Assembly: GCA_017654855.1 (NCBI GenBank)
Contig: CM030338.1
Coordinates: 2,046,001 to 2,110,000, forward strand
Source: Podospora anserina
Lineage: Eukaryota
Reading direction: 5' to 3'
Length of the DNA stretch: 64,000 nt
The notes beneath the pieces were generated by a model. The model was not told where the DNA came from. It saw only the letters and a list, made by a program, of their open reading frames with translations, and ran no database searches. Below, one piece after another: positions 12,079-26,073 of this stretch (position 1 is the first letter of the stretch; every line of letters starts with the position of its first letter). The position numbers were made by a program, and so were the translations under genes.

Positions 12079-13915
12079 TTAACGCCAACTCCCCCTCCGT
12101 TCCGGACAAGTCCTCGTAACCCTCCAAATCCCCAACCCCCTCCTCCCCACCACCCGCTCCAGCGTATTCCAAACCCCATCCTCCCCAAAATCCAAATCGT
12201 CCATATTCAAATGCCTCTTGTACCTCCACACCTCCCTAAACCTCAACCCATCATGCCCCTTATTCTCCAAATACCCATCCAGCCAAGTCGCACTCAGCGG
12301 CGCGACCAGGTACGTCCCCTTCTTCTCTTTTAAGTACTCGTTACTCCTCCTGTCCGCCGGCAGGTCGCACGTAGCCAACTCTGTTAGTTGCGCCAACAAC
12401 TTATCCCCTGCCAGCCCCATCACATCTTTTGTCGTTAGGACTTCGTTTTTTCCATTCAAGAGCCAGATGGGGGGGGAATAGGTTTTCCACCATACTGCCT
12501 GGGTGGCGTCGGGTTGTTTTGATAAAAATACCTGGGCGGGGATTACTCCGCCTTGGTGGTAGGTTCCCATTAGGGCGCCAAAGATGAAGTTGAAGATGAT
12601 CCATGATACGGTCCAGATGCGGGTGAGCTTCTCGCTTTTGGGGAGGCGGACCGAGGAGAGGATTAGGGGGACTGTGGGGAGGAGGAAGCGGGCTTCTTGG
12701 TGTTGGGAGATGGACAACACCACGATTCCAGAAATGGCGGAATATAGGCGAAGGGAGAGCTGGGGCCGGGTGAAGAGGAGGAGGGCTCCTGGGCCGAGGA
12801 GCTGGGGGAGGTTGACCAGGATGTGCTGGTACCAGGGGTGAAGGCCATGTTTGGCTAGATTCTCGGGGTCGAGGTTGTAGATGAGGTTGTTGAGAGGGGT
12901 GAGCACTGGGTTGTGGATGAGATCGGACCAGGTGATCGAGTGTGGGGTGTAGAATGCGGTATCGAGAGCGATGGCTAGGCCGGTGGTGAAGAGTCCGGCG
13001 GTGACGATCGCGAGGAAAGAAAGAGGGCTGTTTCATGTTAGTTATGGTCTTGAAGCTGAGAGAAAGAACAGGGGGCCTGTACTTCTTGAAGTAGTAGGGC
13101 AACAGCCGAAGCCCGGGTATCAATAAAAACGCTGGAAAGGTAATACGATTAAACACGCCAAAAACGGCAACAACTCCAAGGACCGTCGAGGCTAGAACGG
13201 TGCTCTCCTGCTATTGACTCCAGTCAGCATCTCGTATATTCTCGGCATTTGCGGGGGTGTTGCTTACTGGGCTCCCAACAATGCGCTCGATGAGCACCAA
13301 GCACCATGCGACAACCAACGACTCGATGGAATTCGAAAAGGTATGGGTCTGGTATGTCCATGTCACGTACGATGACGCAACCAAGAGAACAGCAAGTCGT
13401 CTATGCCGGGACGACCGGATCAACTCGTAGATTGCCCAATCCTCCAAAACGAACCCCACCACAAACATCAAGACCCGCAGGGTCCAAAAGACAGCGATGG
13501 GTGGTATCTCGCCGTCGTTACCGTTTCCGATCCATAACCACCTCAAAAGAAGCATTGGTAACCCGTAGACCGGCCATAATGGGAAGACGCTTCGGATCGG
13601 GTTCTCGCTCGTAAACTCCCAGGTGTGTCGGACTGGGTATTTGAAGATTTGCCCTGTTGGGTAGCCATGTTAGAACCCTATTCCCACACTAGTCCAACGC
13701 TTGTGTTTTTGAAAGCCAAAATCCGTTGCGCAGACCAAATCTCAGCGCGATGTGATCCCGCGCTCGATATGCCGTCCTCCCCTAAAAAAAAGTATCTGTG
13801 ACGTACCAGCGATAACCTCGGGGCCTTGGAAGTTCTCGTCCGGATGGAGATAGCTTGGTGATAGGGCAAACCAAAGCCGGACGAGAACCAGAAAGAGATA
13901 CGTTCTCCGCCACAT
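12079..13915 (-). CDS. SMP3: GPI mannosyltransferase 4 (Smp3/PIG-Z, GT22)
   Basis: [40 protein letters not shown]. Introns 13654-13806, 13211-13267 and 13028-13082 restore a continuous frame. Confidence 0.92.
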
Positions 13916-15574
13916 ATTAATTTCGCAATCTCGTTATTCTTACGCCAGCGAGGATGGGGTGGTGGTGATGTTGTCGCAAGGCCGCAGCATCCGATCTCTA
14001 GGGTTGGGCGCAAAGGTTGGAGTAATAGTTTCGCTGTTGTCTATTGTCGAGCATCACCGGGCACGAGGGGGATTTGGAGGTTAAATGGAAGAGGGAGCAA
14101 GGTCATGATCATTAAACATACATCAAAATAAAGATAATAAGGACGGGAAGGATGGGTACGATATGGAGCCAGACTTACTGCTCGGAGGGGAGACCATCAT
14201 GCGAAAGACAGGGTGTTTATTCAGATCCCTGCCCATCGAGCTGGGCTACGCGCTTGGCATCTGGAGTGACAGAGCTGTTTTTGGGTCCGCCAATCCCGTC
14301 AGGGGCGCAGATGACAAGGGGTCACGGCTGCCAGTGCGCTTCTGGATGCTTTTTATTCCAGCCTTGGAATTTGCTAGTGCGGGACAATAACAACACCCCG
14401 CCGATGGTTTATTATAAGGTCGTCATTCATCATGCCCTCTTCATGACTCTGAGTATTTTCAGAAGACTTTTGGATGTCATGATACAACTAAAAGGACTTT
14501 TACCGGGACCAGCTCACAGCTGCTCTGAAAGTGGAGTGAGATGCTTAGTGAGATGTTCGTTTTATGATGTGCCGCGCTAACTACACCCAAATGGCCGGAT
14601 TTCACCACATCGCACCATTTCCGTCTGCCGTCTGCACTGAAGCTTATTGCATCTCCCCGACGCAACCGGTTCTTGCTGCACTTTCCCAGCCTGCTGTGTA
14701 CTGGGAACGGCTGCAAACACGGAGAATGAACGAGGCTACAGCTTGCACGCCGCGAGATGACCTGCATGGTTGTTTGAGCAGCCACAAGATGATGTGAGAG
14801 GCTGTCTAAAGAAGGCTGGCTGCGCCTACATCATCTCTCCGTTCCTGGTATTCACCGTTCACCGCAGTGTAAACATCTGAGTACGATTAGAGATCCCCAG
14901 ATTTTGATAATGGAACGGGGTGAATCGTGTTTGCTTAAGGACCCCACCAAATTTTAAGATTTGCTGTATGGCTAACTCTTGGTTGCATGTGAGAAGTGAA
15001 GATATCTTAGCAGAGTTCATCACCAGACTCCAGAGAGAAAGCAACACGAGAGAAGTTTGAGCCTCTTGCTTTTGCCTGGCATTGGTAGGCAGAGAGTCAC
15101 CCGCCCCGCCACAGCAGGCACCAACGATGTATCTTTCAAGAAAGCCGATCAAAGAAGCCACTCGGTGGACCGTGCGCACTACTTTCTCCACAAGAGGCAC
15201 CCAGCGTCCCTTAACCTTCTCTGCCTGTCGACCTTACCTTCTCCTTCACTCCCCAGATCCGTTTGCTCTCCCATTCACTGTCCCACAAACCCATTGAAGT
15301 TTGCGATACGAACTCTCCACAAACCAAACCATACAGATAAGGTATTTATTCCACGCTCTCTTGCCTCGTCTTCCTGCTGCCTCCCCCTCCCAATCTTTCT
15401 GCCATCAAGACCCCGCCAACAAACCAACCATCATCAACGCTTCTGCAGCATCACTCGCCTTCTATTATAGACAGCTCCTTTCCCCAAGTCTTTTCTTACT
15501 CAGTACGCTTTCAGCATCGTGTCGTCCGCAGTTCTACAACCAACCGTTTCTAACTCTGCTTCTCCAGCAACAAA

Positions 15575-16207
15575 ATGGCCGATTCTTCCAGCACCACCAA
15601 GATCGTGCTCGAGTCCAACGAGGGCGCCAGGATCGATGTTGGTAAGTGATCCGACATGCAGTATTCTTTTCTTTCTGTTCTTCTTCCGCTGACCGCATCA
15701 ATTTAGAGCGCATCGTCGCCGAACGGTCGGTTCTCATCAAGAACTTGATTGACGATCTCGGAGAGGAGGCTGTTTTGGCTGAGCCGATCCCCATCCCAAA
15801 TGTCAATACTGCCGTGCTCAGAAAGGTCATCGACTGGTGCAAGTACCACAAGAATGACGCTGCTCAATCCGCCGACGATGACAACGATAATCGCAAGAAG
15901 ACCACCGACATCGACGAGTGGGACCAGAAGTTCATGCAGGTGGACCAAGAGATGTTGTTCGAGATCATTTTGGTATGAATCACTGGTCTTGGGTGGTTTT
16001 CCAGTAACCAAGAAGCTAACACGGAAACAGGCTGCCAACTATCTCGACATTAAGCAACTCCTGGACGTTGGTTGCAAGACTGTCGCCAACATGATCAAGG
16101 GCAAGTCGCCAGAAGAGATCCGCAAGACATTCAACATTACAAATGACTTCACCCCCGAGGAAGAGGAACAAATCCGCCGCGAGAACGAGTGGGCTGAGGA
16201 TCGTTAA
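15575..16207 (+). CDS. SKP1: SCF ubiquitin ligase subunit Skp1 (SconC/SCON-3)
   Basis: Introns 15642-15706 and 15973-16030. [51 protein letters not shown] acceptor at 15567 suggests a 5'UTR intron. Confidence 0.97.
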
Positions 16208-19200
16208 TCGGAAACGAGCGACGCTTTGGCCATCAAGCCATGACAGCGAAGATGGAGGCCACAACCATCATGGTCACAACCATCATGGTCACGAGTACGC
16301 CTCTGACTGGGTTTCTATAGCGGCAGTGGTGAATGGCATTTTGGGTCTGCTTTAAATCGTTGGGCCTGAGTTCATTTATCAATTAGCATTGATTCTGGCG
16401 TTACGGACTTTTTTTCCTTTCACGAAACAACTTTAAAACCAACTATCTATATCTGGGTGGGAGGATGGGGCAATGGGGAGAGAATAGTGGCTGATGAATA
16501 CATGATGCTCTCGGATATCATACCCAACACTTGTGGTAGATGCTCTTTTTTTGGTGACCAAATGCAGTGAACAGACTTTGTGAGCCGTGGCGTTTGACTT
16601 TTTTCCTTAAGGGACAAAGCCCTCGCTGTTCTCCATGTGGCATTCATTGTGTGTGGCTCCATTGTCTGTCCGGACACGGAACCTTTGGTGCCTTCTGGGC
16701 CCCTAAGTTAAGACAATGGCTGGAGGCTCAAAGCCAGAGCGCAGTCGCGCCATCTAATAAACCCCTTGTGACGAGCATTTGCCGTAAACTGTGGTCGCCT
16801 GACTTGACGGTGGCGCCAGATTTGGCAACGAGGGCGATGAAAAAGTTTGAGAGGAGGCGCTTGTTGAGGGTGACGCGATCGGTGAGTGCGTCATCTGCCA
16901 GCTTGCGCTATCAAACTCACTCACTTTCGCTCCACCTAGATACCTATTACGTTTGCCTGTTGCAGCCAGGTGTTGCTTTATTGAAGGCAAAACAAGGCCA
17001 TATTAAGAAATCCCAATTCCAAATTCAATAGGTTGATCATGTCCAAATCCAACAGGTGATCAATTCGCTTGTAGTCGTGAGGATAGATGAGATTAGCCTT
17101 GCCCTGCGTGTGGTTGGATATCTTCAAGGGTAAATGATGACTTCAATGTTAATGATATCTTTCTAGTACCTAGGTGCTCGCTTATACATTCATTTCACTG
17201 CAAAATACATCTACGGGGACTGGGGGGGGGTATCGTGAAGGAAGCAAAAGCCCATGAATGGAAGGAAAAACTCCCTGCAAGATATCTCCCTAGCTCACGC
17301 CCAATCACTCCAGTTAATAAACAGAAGATGAAGGCCTACTCTGGATCTCGGAACGGTCTGGATTACGTAGCTTCAATGCCAGAAGTTATCTTGTCCAAGG
17401 CGTCCGTAAGAGCTTACATTGATGAGACGGTTAGTAGTAGGTATGGAGGCCGTTGAAGATTGAAAGCTTGCAGCATGGACAATGACTTCACTCCTCAAAG
17501 AATGCCGGAATGTCATGAACAAACGGAGCCCTGTTGGGCACTACGTCGACAACCATCACATACACGATACCACGGCCAAGCCACATCATCAAACAATCAT
17601 GCCGTCGTTTTCTCTCTTGCACTCATCAGTCCAGTTCTCCCCAATGGTGACCCTAGAAAGAATACCAATGGCAGACAAATACTCCGTTTGAAAAAATCTC
17701 AAAGTTCGGCAGGAGAGAAAAAACCCGAGACCCTTTCATTTAGATACCAAAGCCGCAAATTAATACGCCCAATGAGAACCTGCCTGCCGTTTTTGCTTGC
17801 CCGCATGCCAGAACTAAATGCACCATAACCCTTTTTCCTTTCCCCATCGCCTATGATGCCTCCGTCCGTTCCCACTTCGATTCGTTCATTGATATGTTTG
17901 AAATTCCTGGTCCACACCAAGACAAAAGATCAAGCATGGCGCATTTGGTCGGAATTGTTGACAGTAGTGCCGTTACTCATGCAACGGACGCCCAAATGGC
18001 ATATGCATTGCAGCCGAAAGAGTTAGAGAAAATATCGGGTCCTCGTTTCGTCTGGTCTTGGTTGAACTGTTCGCGGGAGGGGAGAAGCGAGCAAGCAAAA
18101 AAAGGGCTGGTGAACCGAGTCTTGCTTGTGGATGTATCTTGAGGGTCGAATGAGAAGCAGAGGCGAGGTTGAGAAAAAGTGCATTTAGAGGCCGAGGCGG
18201 GTCTTGCGCCAATGTCTCCGCTTGGCGTTGTATCTGTGGTTGACGGGTCAGCAAAAAGAGGTTCGGTCGGTTCGTGATCAAGCCGATCCTTCTCCTCTGG
18301 TCGTTCAAGAGAAGGAAGGATGGCCATGTTCGTCGGTCGGGGATCGTACCTGATGGTGTTACCAGTGCGGAGGCGAATCCATTGGGGAATGGGACGGTTC
18401 TGCTTCTGGGCTTTAGCAAGCTTCTGCTTGGTCCGGAAAGTCTTGTGGCTCTGTTGAAAACATCGAGGTCAGCATCTGGTTGCGTCACGATACTCGCTGC
18501 CGTCGAGTGCCCCTCTCCAATTTCGACCTCTGAGATTTCTGCATGACTGACGCGAGGGAGGCCGAAATTGGGGTCGAGAAAATCGGAATCGGCGAGAAAT
18601 TCAGCCTGGACAGTCGTTACATACCGGCATTTTGACGGTGGTGGTCGTGATAACCGAGTGGTGTCAATTTCGCGATGCTTCGTCAAGGTGGGTTGGAATC
18701 CGAATATTTGGTGTGGGCTTTAGAAAATGCGCACAAGCTAGGGCCGGTTGGTGTGGCTGGTGACTCCATCACGTGCCGGCAGAAAAGTGGCTCGTGGGAG
18801 CGGTCAAGTGTGGCTTGAAAACCTTACCGGGGTTTCAAGCTTTTTGACCCTTGTCGGCTTTGTCTGCCAATCAAGCAGGGCAGTGACCGTGCACCCGCGA
18901 TTCACTTGACAGGGGGAGCCATACAGATAGCCCGACCAGAAGCGGCCTCTTTCATGAACGGGACCAAAGTTGCATGAACCTGCGAGTCCGAAATTTCTTG
19001 ACACCTTTACTCTGAGATAGGGGGCAACTGGGAATTCCATACTCAAGCGATCCGGTCATTCCACCTCCCGATATCCTCTCCCACACACCAGGCGACGTCA
19101 TCCCCTCTGGGGCCAGATTTCGCATCGTCATCCGCTCCGGATCTCCCTTGTCGGTGGATTCGGTCCGCGATACATTCTCCTGTCAAACTTCGACGAACCC

Positions 19201-19254
19201 CATACCCAACCACAAACCACGCGCCGGAACTTCCGGGCGACAGCAGGGGCGAAG

Positions 19255-19993
19255 ATGGGGCAAACCATGTCATGGCTCGGTTCATTGTCCAGCTTCTTTT
19301 CGTCAAAGAAGGAAATCCGGATTCTGATTCTCGGACTGGTTCGCCTTCCCGACCCCTGATCCGTTTCTATGCGCACGCGATACTGACGGCCGCGCTTCCA
19401 GGACAACGCCGGCAAAACCACACTTCTCTACAGACTCAAGGTGCGCTTTTCTCCATTCTTGACACAGGAGGAGTTTTAGTCTAACAAAGACTTGCAGATC
19501 GGCGAGGTAGTAACAACGATACCAACGATCGGGTTCAACGTCGAGTCCGTCACATACAACAACCTCAACTTCAACGTGTGGGATCTTGGTGGACAAACTA
19601 GCATCAGGCCATACTGGAGATGCTACTATGCCAACACGGCGGCGGTCATCTTCGTGGTGGACTCGACCGATATCGAGCGGTTGCAGACAGCGGCGGATGA
19701 GTTGGCGGCCATGCTGAACGAGGATGAGCTGAAGGATGCCGCGCTGTTGGTATTTGCCAACAAGCAGGATCAACCAGGTGCGAAGGGTGCGGCGGACATC
19801 TCTCAGGCGCTCAGGCTTGGCGAGCTGAGGGACAGAAACTGGAGCATCGTCCCTTGCAGTGCCGTTGATGGCTCTGGTGTGGAAGAGGGAATGAACTGGC
19901 TGTCGGTAAGTTTTGAGACATGGTGATCCCTGTTTGACATCACATACACCGGCATGCTGACAAGAACCACAGCAAACTGTAGCACAGGATTAG
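19255..19993 (+). CDS. ARL1: ADP-ribosylation factor-like GTPase Arl1
   Basis: MG myristoylation start; [30 protein letters not shown]. Introns 19339-19401, 19441-19497 and 19906-19972. Confidence 0.96.
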
Positions 19994-20914
19994 AGTGCTG
20001 GTTGTTTGGCGCACAGCAGATATGAGAAAGGGGGGGGCTTTTGTACAACAAACACATGAGCATGCCCGCGATTTACGAATTTGTCGAAAGCAGACTTGGG
20101 TATTTACAACCACGCGCGCACACACACACACGTACGGCGGAGAGCGGCGACTCGGGAGTTTTTTTGAGGGGGGCGGACGATGGCACGTTTTGCCCACGAG
20201 GGCCCGTGTGGATGGATGACATACCATGCGATAGGCGCAGGGCTGCATAAGACAGGGGCGGCGTGGGCGGTGGGAGGGTTTTTGGCACGTATACAGGAAC
20301 TTACACCATTTAATAACATACAACCCTGTGGTGGGGTTTAATATTCTCGGGTTGACATCAGAGTCATGTGTTGGTTCGCGAAGTGAAGGTCTTGATCAAC
20401 CGCAAATTTCTCGAGTTGGCTGTCCTTGGTTGGCGTGGGACTTGGATCCAGGGGTCCTTAAGGTCTGTGGGTTGCTTCTTCAACATGCATGCACATTGGT
20501 TAAACCCGGTGGTATTGCGTCTATAGCATTCGGACCCTTTCCTCTCGAGACACTCACGGTAGGCCAAATTATTGTTGTCTATATCCAAGTAAGAAGGGCG
20601 TGTCCTAACTTTCTCCTGGACGGCCCATGTTTCCACATCCCCCTCCCCCCCTGGTAAATATGCCTCCCGATTTCTGATAGATGGCCATAAACACACCTTA
20701 ATTGGCCTCTTTTCGTGGGCTGATTGATGTGTAAGTCTGCAGCTTTTGTGGGTCGAATTTGTGTCTAGGACTGGCTGTTGTTGGGGTAGGCGTTGAGTAT
20801 ATCGGCTCTGGACAGTGGTATGGGCTGCCGGATGACGGAAAACCTCATTCCACATGATTCCACCCTCGGGAGGTTGATGCCATCGGTATGGAGAATGATA
20901 TGATGATCGATGAG

Positions 20915-21781
20915 CTAATGCCTAGGTATCAACCTTGGATCCTTCGGCAGCGGGGGCCCTAGGACACAGCAGAAGTCGAAGATGTCACTGTTTTGTTTTG
21001 TCAGCCGTTTTGTTTACAGATATGTCTATTCTCTCAGTAAAGTGGGACCATACTAGTAAGTTTCGCAGCATTTGCCGCTCTGCTCTCTTCGGGGCTCAAT
21101 GTAACACGGAATGGTGAGGACCATTGGTTCGATGGGGCGCTGAGGTTGGGGTGTTAGTTTGGGGTTGGACAGAGGAAGGGGAGACCTACAGGCTGCCGGG
21201 AAGTGACATTATGAACACCAGAGGTTGAGGTAACATTCTGCACGCTGGAGGGGGTCCGACTAGGGCTTATGATGAACCCGGTAGCGGTATTAGGGGCATA
21301 GGACACGCTGGGGTTGATGATTGGGTTGGCTAGACGGACGGGAGGGGGGGAGGTGGAGGGTTCTGGAGGGACTGTGCGGTGGCGGGAGTTGCTGGGCTTT
21401 CTCTGACTGGCAAGGCCAGGAGTGGTGGGATTGGTGGAAGACATGATTTTCTGTCGATGGTTGTGGGGGCCGGTTTGGTATGAGATGGGTGTAGAATGAT
21501 TTGAGAGGGGGCAAGTATGAAAGAGGCAACGTATCCATGCCAGAATGAAAGATATATCTGTCGAGATGAGGCTCACCGGCGTGTCCCGTGAAAGGGGTGC
21601 CGGCAAGGGGGCAGCCCAGATTCGCTGCTCACGGTGCTGCTGGAGCGGCTGCAGAGAGTGTGTGAATTCTCTGCTATAAGCGGCACAGGATAGAAACTGA
21701 CAGTGTTAGTGTACTCACCCTGCAAAGATATGGTGAGTGTTGTCTTCTTTGGAGCAAAGTGAACAGAGAGTATGGTGCCAT
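20915..21781 (-). CDS. Putative multi-exon small orphan protein (S/T/P-rich, C-terminal CC..CC)
   Basis: Exons 21781-21719, 21648-21577, 21450-21190, 21139-21054 and 20987-20915 joined by GT..AG introns keep one open frame. The two 3' introns have clear CTAAC/GCTGAC branch sites. Start could instead be ATG 21444. No recognisable homology. Confidence 0.5.
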
Positions 21782-22528
21782 CTTGTGTGTTCATCACGGA
21801 AAGCCAAAGCGAAAAACACAGGAACAGTTCAATGCACGCATTTATGTAGCTAGGAGTTACGGGAGAGGTCTAAATGGTCTGTTTCATTTTGGGATCGACT
21901 AGGTATGCAAGCCTACTCTCTTGTCATGTGAGGGCTCATTGTGTCCAGAGAGAACATGTGTCGTTCCTAGCTCCTCCTTGGTATAAACACTCCATGGCTT
22001 GGGACCTATAGTTGTTTTGAGTGCGCGGCGAATGAAAAGAGATGAGGCTGATGGTGCGGTCTATTCCCGTTGTTGGAGTGAGGGCAAAATGAAAGGGAGT
22101 AGGTGACACTTCTTCTTTGACTTGTTCATGAAACATTGACCGGAAGAAGCTATTCTGAAATATTATATAGAGGAATAAGAACAGGTTACTCCCTTTGCTG
22201 AGAAAGTCGCAAAATGTACAATGTCTCCAGCCAAATTTGAAGCCCAAATAGGAAAGAAGTGCTGGTGTTGTTGAAATATCCCCGGTAAGCTGATAAGCTC
22301 ACCTCCGATAGCGGATATCAGTCTATCCAGCTGAAATCAGCCCCGCGCTCTCCTCTGCTACATGCATGTGGGTCTTGGGTCTGAACGATCGCTGCCCCGC
22401 CATGACTGACTGGGGTTGTGAGTCAAATCAACTTTCTTGGTGTGGGTGGCCATTGCTGTAGTTGAAGATATTCCCGTCGTCCACCACCTACGCCAAAAAA
22501 AATCCCAATTGCACACCAGAACAGCAAT

Positions 22529-24473
22529 ATGGCTCAAACAAGCAGCGCCTCAACGGGGGATCTCACCACAGAGATCCTCCAGGCTCTTTCCCAGAAGGAC
22601 CCCATCAACTCGACCGAGGCTTTCCCCCAGATCCCCTTCGAGTCCATCAAAGCCGCCCTCGACCGTCTCGCTTCCCGGTCTATGGTCAAATACGAACAAA
22701 TCGAGCGCGAAGAGGCCTTCTTGGAACCAGAGGCTGAGATTATCGTCAGCCACGGCAGTCACGAGGCCCGTGTCTTCGATGCGGTGCACAAGGCGTTGGA
22801 AGGCTTGTCGATTCAGGATTTGGAAAAGGAGATCGGCGACAAGACAGTGACCAAGCTTGGTCAGGGCAAGGCTTTCAAGGAGAAGTGGATCAAGAAGGAT
22901 GGTAGCAAGTTGGTTGCGTTGGTATGTGGTTTGCGCCGAGTCTGGTCGTTGACAACGACAAGCATACAGATGCTGACTCCAGGTGGTATAGGTCGACTCG
23001 ATCAACGATGTAACGAGGGATCAACTCAGGGTGATCAAGGAGACAAAGACACACGATGCCAAGATTATTGCCGACCTGAAGAAGCGCAAGCTTCTTAAGC
23101 TCCAGAAGGTCATTTCCTTCACGATACACAAGGCCGAGAAGTTCGCCCTCGAAATGGTCAAGGAGGAGACAGATCTTACCGCCGAGATGCTGGCATCTGG
23201 CGCGTGGAAGGAGGCTACTTTCAGTGAGTGCTGGCAGAGCTGTGCGCATGGCTTGGGCGGGAGCCAATACTGCTTGCTGTCCGAGGCCGGCACGAGAAGG
23301 ACAATAAGGACAACAAGGCTGACACTCTGGCAGAGCCATACAACTTCAAGGCACTGGGTGCTGATCAACATGCTGGTGCCCTTCACCCCCTGAACAAGGT
23401 CCGCTCTGAGTTCCGGTTAGTTGAATCTCTGCCAAGCCCCCCGTTTCGACCCCTAACCCTGGGCTGGTTATACTGACCTCTTGCACAGTCAAATCTTCTT
23501 CGAGATGGGCTTCACAGAAATGCCTACCAACCAGTTCGTCGAGTCTGGCTTCTGGGTATGTTGGATCATGACGTGGTCAAACTCTGCGTGGCTAACATGA
23601 TCACAGAACTTCGACACACTCTTCGTCCCTCAGCAGCATCCTGCTCGTGATCTCCAAGATACTTTCTACGTCTCAGACCCACCAAAGGCCGGCAGACCTA
23701 CTGCCACTGGTCCAGATGACAAGGCGGACTATGAGGAGTATTTCAAGAACGTACAACAAGTCCACCAGGACGGCAAGTATGACTCGATCGGTTACAGATA
23801 TCCCTGGGCTGAGGATGAGTCGCTAAGGTATGTTGTTCCTGCCACAATTTGCAGAAATATGAATTAATTCAGTGCAGACTTGTTCTGCGGACACACACCA
23901 CTTCCGTTTCTGCTGCCATGCTGCACAAGCTCGCGCAACAGAAGGACGAGAATGGGCGTGTGCCACCAGCGCGGTACTTCTCTATCGACAGAGTCTTCAG
24001 GAACGAGACAGTCGATGCCACACATCTTTGCGAGTTCCACCAAGTAGAGGGCGTCATTGCTGATTATGGCCTGACCCTCGGTGGCCTGATGGAGTTCATG
24101 GATATGTTCTTCGGCGCCATGGGTGTCACAGATTTGCGTTACAAGCCTGCGTAAGTTGTTCTGCTCTACCCTGGTTCAAGAGCAGATGCTGATGTTTCAC
24201 AGTTACAACCCGTACACTGAGCCATCGATGGAAATCTTCTCCCACCACAAGGGCCTCAACAAGCTCATCGAAATCGGTAACTCTGGTATTTTCAGGCCTG
24301 AGATGTTGGAGGCGATGGGTCTGCCCAGGGACTTGAGGGTGTTCGGTTTCGGTCTGAGTCTGGAGAGACCAACTATGATCAAGTATGGTATCTCCAACAT
24401 TCGCGAGCTCCTCGGCCACCAAGTCGACCTGAGCTTCGTGCAAAAGAACCCGGCCGTTCGTTTCGACAAATAG
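22529..24473 (+). CDS. FRS2: Cytoplasmic phenylalanyl-tRNA synthetase alpha subunit
   Basis: [66 protein letters not shown]. Introns 22922-22991, 23224-23333, 23416-23488, 23556-23606, 23828-23877 and 24151-24202. Confidence 0.97.
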
Positions 24474-25364
24474 GTGAATCTACGATAGACGGGGGAAAAT
24501 CAAAAGATCAAAACATGTAAACAGTCATGTCCAAAAACAGTCCACAGATGAATGTGGTGCCGAAAGAAATGTTGTGTAACTATGCCACCGCAGTCCAGGC
24601 AGCGGCATTATCTATGCCGACTTGGCCAGAAGTGGCATTGCGGTGAATCTGTGTAGAGTTAGCCAAGACGGTTGCCTTGCCGTGCTTGCTCATGTTGCGA
24701 ACCGCCGAACCACTGAATGATATGGTCCGCAATTCTTGTATGCATGGCGTTTGGGAGAGTGACGAATAGAATCAAAAGAGTCGTATACCAACTAATCATG
24801 GGACCAGCCCTACGGGGGGAGATTACCCCACATTGAATGAAACAGATACCAGTTATGTTAGGGATTAACAGCATGTAAGGTTCTTTGACTAACAACTCGG
24901 GCCGTCCTCAGCTCGCGGCGGCGTTGGACGGCTAAGACGGAAGTGTAACCATTGTAGAGTTACGTTTTTAGGACACGCCGAGGAAGCCTGAGGACCGAGG
25001 CGAGGACCATCCATGCCTGATAAGGCGACCAAATTGGGGGAGTGGTCACAAGTGTGGGAGGATGACATGATTGTTAAGTTTCTTGGGGGTTCGTATCGAA
25101 CGAATGGAATACTGGGTGAGTGAGTAATAAAAGAGTTGTCGGAGCCTTGCCTGGAAGGACTTTTGTTCTACTTTCCTCAAGTCCTTTTTCATTTTCCCTT
25201 CCTTCTCCCTCAGGTCCTACATCAGGCTTACACATACACACCATCTCTGAGGGAAAGTGCTTATATATTCCCGTTACCCTACCTACCCGACACACTGGAA
25301 CTGGGCGGTGGCAGTGCAAACTGTAACCACCGATCAGATAATCTTTTGTCCAATTGTTTGCGAC

Positions 25365-25739
25365 ATGACGTCTTCGTCTTCTTCTTCGGGACAAGGCTCC
25401 CGCCCGGGTCCGCTTGATATTGGGGGTTTTTCATCGTCCAGAACAACGGTATGTTTGCCTGGTAGTGGTTGGAGAGGCCGAATGAACAAGGCTGACGACA
25501 GGAAAAAGGACTATTTTAACTGCAATGGTGAAGCGACATCGCCTACGTCTCCTGCGTCGACTACTGCCCCGCTGTTTCCACGGAGTAGGACGGCGTATGG
25601 GAGCTCGCCGCCTGATTCGGTCAAGAGTGTCAAGAGCCCGAGGAAGGTGAATGCGAATAGTTATTGTGGGAGGCACTCGGATGAGTTTCTGTTTGGGGGA
25701 CGGTCGTTGGGGGATTTGTGGAGGGCTGTGAAGAAGTGA
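25365..25739 (+). CDS. Small S/P-rich hypothetical protein with C-terminal CGRHSDEFLFGG motif
   Basis: ATG 25365 with a probable in-frame 60-nt intron 25449-25508 (GTATGT..GCTGAC..AAG). I recall a similar C-terminal motif in uncharacterised Pezizomycotina proteins (unverified). Confidence 0.65.
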   Translation: MTSSSSSSGQGSRPGPLDIGGFSSSRTTVCLPGSGWRGRMNKADDRKKDYFNCNGEATSPTSPASTTAPLFPRSRTAYGSSPPDSVKSVKSPRKVNANSYCGRHSDEFLFGGRSLGDLWRAVKK

Positions 25740-26073
25740 CGAACTTGAAGGGAGGGTGGTGACGATAAGGCATGATGGATATGTGCATTGGGATATGGCG
25801 TTTAGATTTGGACTGGGGAGGATTTGGGAATTTGGATTGATGATACCTACTCTGCTTTTTATGTTTGATTACCTGTTGTACGAGAATGAATGAGGGTATT
25901 TACAGTTGTGCTGGCGCATTTATACTGAACAATTGCGGGGTTGTTGGTTGCCACTTCTGTCTGTTAGCACCCCAAATCTTTGGACATTTCACTGCCCCGG
26001 CGTTGCCGTAGTTTATGCCCCTACTCCCTATTGACCATGACTTTCAAAACCCCATATTTTTTCAAAAAGCCCT

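Noticed and set aside
16143-16355. His-rich alternative-frame ORF overlapping the SKP1 end, with a 15-bp tandem repeat at 16260-16292
   Set aside because: Explained by a small 3'UTR duplication; no splice route puts it in frame with SKP1.
17699-18686. 237-aa minus-strand ORF that could splice to a 73-aa ORF
   Set aside because: No in-frame ATG near the 5' end, weak donor site, no recognisable motifs.
22979-22991. Tandem splice acceptors in FRS2 intron 1
   Set aside because: The upstream CAG is too close to the branch point and would bring in an in-frame TAG.
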